A stretch of DNA of 64,000 nt from Macrostomum lignano (taxonomy: Eukaryota): contig NIVC01000010.1 in assembly GCA_002269645.1 (NCBI GenBank), forward strand, positions 1,426,001 to 1,490,000, written 5' to 3'. Of the stretch, positions 59,311-64,000 are shown one piece after another; within the stretch, counting starts at the first letter, position 1, and each line of letters opens with the position of its first letter. Both the position numbers and the translations under genes were made by a program. The notes beneath the pieces are model-generated. The model made no database searches. It was not told the origin of the DNA and was given only the letters and a program-made list of their open reading frames with translations.

Positions 59311-61685
59311 TTACTCTTTCTGGCCCTTGTCGATGACCACCTTGGTGCCGCGGAGGCGACCGGTGCGCCTGGCGGCGATCAGGCCGACCTTGCGACCGGC
59401 GCTGGTGTCCCGGCGGATGGTGCTCGGTTTGCCGATGTGCTGGTGGTTGCCGCCGCCGAACGGATGGTCCACCGGGTTCATGCAGACGCCGCGCACTTTT
59501 GGCCAGCAGTTGCGCTTCACCTTGTACTTCCAGTAGGCCCGGCCGGCCTTCATGATCGGCTTGTCGATGCGACCGCCGCCGGCTACGATGCCTAGGATGG
59601 GATCATACAATGAGGATCATGGAATTGGGATCAAAGAATGGGATCATAGAATGGGATCAAAGTATGGGATCAAAGAATGGGATCATAGGGTGGGATCATG
59701 GGATCGAATCATAGAATGGGATCATAGGATGGGATCATGGGATGAAATCATACAATGGGATCATAGGATGGGATCATGGAATCGAAATATAGAATGGGAT
59801 CATAGGATGGGATTATGGGATGGGATCATGAGATCGAATCATAGAATGGGATCATAGGATGGGATCATGGGATGAAATCATACAATGGGATCATAGGATG
59901 GGATCATGGGATCGAATCATAGAATGGGATCATAGGATGGGATCATGGGATCGAATCATAGAATGGGATCATAGGATGGGATCATGGGATCGAATCATAG
60001 AATGGGATCATAGGATGGGATCATGGGAAGGGATTTCAACTGTCTGAGTTTATTACACCTGAGCAATTCAGGTGTAGTTTAATTGCTCACAAGTCTTCCC
60101 CAACTCTCTGAAAGGAACACCAGCACTCACCAATCATAGCCCGACAGGCGGACGGCACAATCTTCTTGGCTCCGCTGGGCAGCTTCATGCGCGATCTTTT
60201 AGTCTCCGGATTGTGCGCGATCAGGGTGGCATAGTTGCCCGAAGCCTTGGCTAAGCGGCCGCGATCGCCGGACTTCTCTTCAACGCAGCAGATGATGGCG
60301 CCTTCGGGCATCGCGCCCAGTGGCAGGATGTTGCCGACCTGCAGCTTGGCTGCCCGTTTTTTTCAGGCGATGAAGAAAGAGGGTGGATTTGAACCATTAT
60401 TATTCGCGATACCCTACTCACAGGCTACTTGTAAGTAGTAAAATAAAAATTTCTTTCTAGAAAAAATATCAGTGCTTATTTTTTCAAACATAGCATTTTG
60501 TTATTTTTATCACTTGGCCAAGTATAAATCCGCAAGGATAAATACGGCCGATCAGATCAAAGTGTAGTGCGAGGCATCATATTAGGGAATGTCAGTCAGT
60601 CAGTCAGTCAGTCAATCAGTCAGTCAGTCAGTCAGTCAGTCAGTCAATCATTCAGTCAGTCAGTCAGTCAGTCAGTCAGTCAGTCAGTCAGTCAGTCAAT
60701 CAGTCAGTCAGTCAATCAGTCAGTCAGTCATTCAATCAGTCAGTCATTCAATCAGTCAGTCAGTCAGTCAGTCAGTCAGTCAGTCAGTCAGTCAATCAGT
60801 CAGTCAGTCATTCAATCAGTCAGTCATTCAATCAGTCAGTCATTCAATCAGTCAGTCATTCAATCAGTCAGTCAGTCAGTCAGTCAGTCAGTCAATCAGT
60901 CAGTCAGTCAGTCAGACACTCACTCAATTCAGTCAGTCAGTCAGTCAGTCAGTCAGTCAATCAGTCAGTCAGCCACTCACTCAATTCAGTCAGTCAGTCA
61001 GTCAGTCAGTCAGTCAGTCAGTCAGTCAATCAGTCAGTCATTCAATCAGTCAGTCATTCAATCAGTCAGTCAGTCAGTCAGTCAGTCAATCAGTCAGTCA
61101 GTCAGTCAGCCACTCACTCAATTCAGTCAGTCAGCCAGTCAGTCAGTCAGTCAATCAGTCAGTCAGTCAGTCAGCCACTCACTCAATTCAGTCAGTCAGT
61201 CAGTCAGTCAGTCAGTCAGTCAGTCAGTCAGTCAATCAGTCAGTCAGTCAGTCAGTCAGTCAGCCACTCACTCAATTCAGTCAGTCAGTCAGTCAGTCAG
61301 TCAGTCAGTCAGTCAGTCAGTCAGTCAGTCAGTCAGTCAGTCAGTCAGTCAGTCAGTCAGTCAGTCAGTCAGTCAGTCAGTCAGTCAGAGGCAGCACTAA
61401 CGCACCCTTCTTGCCGCAGTAGATGAACTGTCCAGTGTGGACACCTTCGGCGGCCACAAAAGTCTCGGTGACCTGACGGTATCGGTAGGGATCGCGGAAT
61501 GCCACCTTGGCCAGGGGAGCACCGCGGCCGGGGTCGTGGATAATGTCCCTAACCACACCCTTGATGTAGCCGTTGCGCTCGGCAAAGTCTATCGGCCTAA
61601 GCCGGGCGGCACCCTTGCGACGCTTGGTGTGCGAGCGGAACACACTGCCAGCTCCTTTGCGCTGCGAGCGAATCACGCGCCCCAT
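59311..61685 (-). CDS. RPL8: 60S ribosomal protein L8 (uL2); exons 61685-61406, 60349-60131, 59591-59311
   Basis: [48 protein letters not shown] and [26 protein letters not shown]. In-frame phase-1 GT-AG junctions; an acceptor TTCCAG lies 2 nt before the ATG. Confidence 0.98.
59595..60030. repeat. GGATGGGATCAT-based composite repeat in RPL8 intron 2
   Basis: About 39-bp higher unit made of GGGATCAT sub-units. Confidence 0.88.
60590..61388. repeat. (CAGT)n microsatellite in RPL8 intron 1
   Basis: Direct reading. Confidence 0.97.
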
Positions 61686-62399
61686 GTCTGGAAGGCATTC
61701 ATGCGCTAATTTAGATATCTAATATGCCTCCGTTTATTTGACAAGCTGGGTCTAAATTTAGGATGCTATTGTAAATAATCTAATTAATAATACAAGTTTA
61801 TTACAACCTGCCCTAATGGGCCAAATGTGCAACCGACAGCTCAGCCGCAGCTATTGCGCAGCGCATCTGAAAACTGCGTATGGCTGTTCAGTCCAAGGAC
61901 TGGGAGGGGGGGGGGTTGCCACACACCCTCAATTACCCCAGAGAATGCTTGCTGGCACCCATTTTACAGCTGGGTGAACTGAAGCAATGCACTATCCTAT
62001 CTATGCATTTACTGCTTTATTATATTATAAGACATAGAAACTAGAATATGGATTAGATTGGATTATATCCAAGATCTATCAGATTAGCAATTAACTGATT
62101 ATAACAAATGAGCAATAATCATAGGGATCAGAATAGGGAAAGGGGCGTGATTTGACCTTCCACTTTAAAAGTAGGAGGAGACATCAATGTTACCTGCCCC
62201 CTACTTATAAAATGTTCCTATGCTTATACATAAAAGCTCTGTATTTTTTCCTACTTCCAATTGCAAATACTTGTCTTTGAACCTACAATTTTGGCTAAAA
62301 CTAGTAGAATTCCAAGACTCCTTGCAAACTTAGATATTGAAATATACTTGGAAAGGCTTGAACAATACTTCATCTGCAAGGAAGTCTAAGTTGAGACAA

Positions 62400-62760
62400 A
62401 GTTTACCGCATTAGTGACTGACTACTATTAGACAGGATGCTTACAAGGTTATTTAGAATCTTTGCCTATCAGAAAATGATTTTTAGGTCCTACTCAGATT
62501 TTGCTACTATTCTAAAGGAACATTTTTCTCGTAACTCATCAATGCTATCTGCCAGAATCTGTTTTTAGAAGCATGTGCAGAAACCTAGCAAGAGTCTTGC
62601 TAACTTTATTGCTAGCCTAAAAGCTGCCTTGGACTTGGAGAATTGTAAATTTGAAGCTACTCTGGACATATCAGATTGAATAACCTAACTTCAAGACACG
62701 CATTGCTAAAGTTGATGCAGTGGAAGCGACAGAGAAATTGATGTTGGAGATGGTATACTA
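62400..62760 (+). pseudogene. Heavily decayed Gypsy-like gag remnant in an AT-rich, CpG-poor block that may extend to the window end
   Basis: TIRQDAYKVI*NLC / RSYSDFATILKEHFSRNSSMLSARICF*KHVQKPSKSLANFIASLKAA / NCKFEATLD follows the retrotransposon-gag pattern. Confidence 0.55.
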
Positions 62761-64000
62761 AGCTAAAGCTATTGCCCACTTACTTGTGACTCTATATACA
62801 GCCTACTATGCCCAAAGAGGTCAATAAACAGGTATACTATTAGTCATCTGCAGCTTAAGCCAATGCTATTTAGATAGCTACTAACATAGACATATATTTT
62901 ATCTTAGCATACCAATATATTTAATATATATAGTTATTGGTTCTCTAGAGAATTAGATAGACTCATTAAATATGATTGTATAGAAAATAATTGTATTACT
63001 TTTGGTTTTACTTTTATATGTCTAGAATGCATTGCATATATTTTGGACTAAGGCATATAGGTTATGGCCTAACTATTCTTATAGTATTTCTTCCTCTAGC
63101 TATTTTAATGGAATAAATTCTATATTTCTATATATTTTTGTATCATTTTTGTTATAATTTTATCAAGGAAATTGGATATATGTAGGAACAAGTTTTCTAT
63201 CAAATAAACCAACTGCTTATCTATCTATCTATGAGCAACATTTGCAAACAATCTAATAGCAAGCAGTTCAATCTATATTTTCTCAGAGCTTTTGAGTTAA
63301 AAGCGACTTATTCATTTTAAAAGACAGAGAAATAGTTTGGAGAAATTTGCTAAGAGAGGAAATTGGGGAGTAATCCAAAAAGATATGTTAGAGTTTCACC
63401 GTGACCCTCTAATCCTAGTAATGCCTAGATTGGAAAAGTTTATACTTTTAAAGACCACTTAGGCCAAAATTATATATTAAATACTACCAGAATTGTACAT
63501 AGAATGCACCTAGAAATATACTACTAAATCAACTGATTCTAAGAAATAATTAAACATTAATAGTAGGACAACTGGTGGCAGCTTGAGGGATATTTAAAAA
63601 GGATAGAAGAAAACACCTTATCATAGCTGGTGGCATAATTGGAATTTATAATTAGAGAAGAAAGACTCCTATTATATTATTATTAGTAATCTCTTTTTAA
63701 ATACTCAGATTTTGTAAGCATTATGATTAAATATTAGTTGTAATTTTTAATTTTTATTTTGGAATATTTTGTGTGCAATAAAAGTTCATTGGCATATACT
63801 TAACATAAGCTAAAGAAGCAATTTTTGTTTTTGTATACTCCAGTATACAATTTTAATCTTGGTTGCTAAGTTATAATGCCAAGGCTTAGCCTTAGGCCAG
63901 GCCAAGGCATAAAAGATTTGCTAAAGGCCTAAGAATAAGATGTCAAGAATCATAAAAGGTATTTTAAAGATAGGCCTTAAGCCAGGTTTATCAAGGGTAA

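Noticed and set aside
61840-62000. SINE/LINE-tail-like stretch (CACCCATTTTACAGCTGGGTGAACTG)
   Set aside because: Vaguely familiar dispersed-repeat motif, but no A/B boxes, TSD or second copy in the window supports a call.

Overview
Eukaryotic (animal) genomic DNA with GT-AG introns, innexin and Sox genes, and dense simple repeats. The intron-poor genes and minisatellite-filled introns suggest a free-living flatworm such as Macrostomum, but this is inference. Host genes: a 5'-truncated TRPV-like channel, AGMO, an SLC46-like MFS transporter, a secreted 2xWSC protein with AESKPPK repeats, a frameshifted FkbM-type methyltransferase, TRAP1, DTYMK, an innexin, a SoxB-like factor and RPL8. Mobile DNA: two decayed copies of one Gypsy family in inverted orientation (each followed by an LTR-like segment plus PBS), a Crypton-like tyrosine-recombinase fragment with a long hairpin, a Chapaev/CMC-like transposase remnant and several MITEs, two with exact 8-bp target-site duplications. 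Best leads: (1) 11 RFX X-box-like motifs in a ~52-54 bp array whose last copy contains the DTYMK start codon; (2) a MITE carrying the 28S rRNA segment that contains the R2/I-PpoI target site; (3) minisatellite units that merge into splice sites and share cores between neighbouring arrays. There is no CRISPR array, tRNA or intact rRNA gene. Coordinates, alignments and copy numbers were done by eye, so repeat boundaries and counts are approximate.
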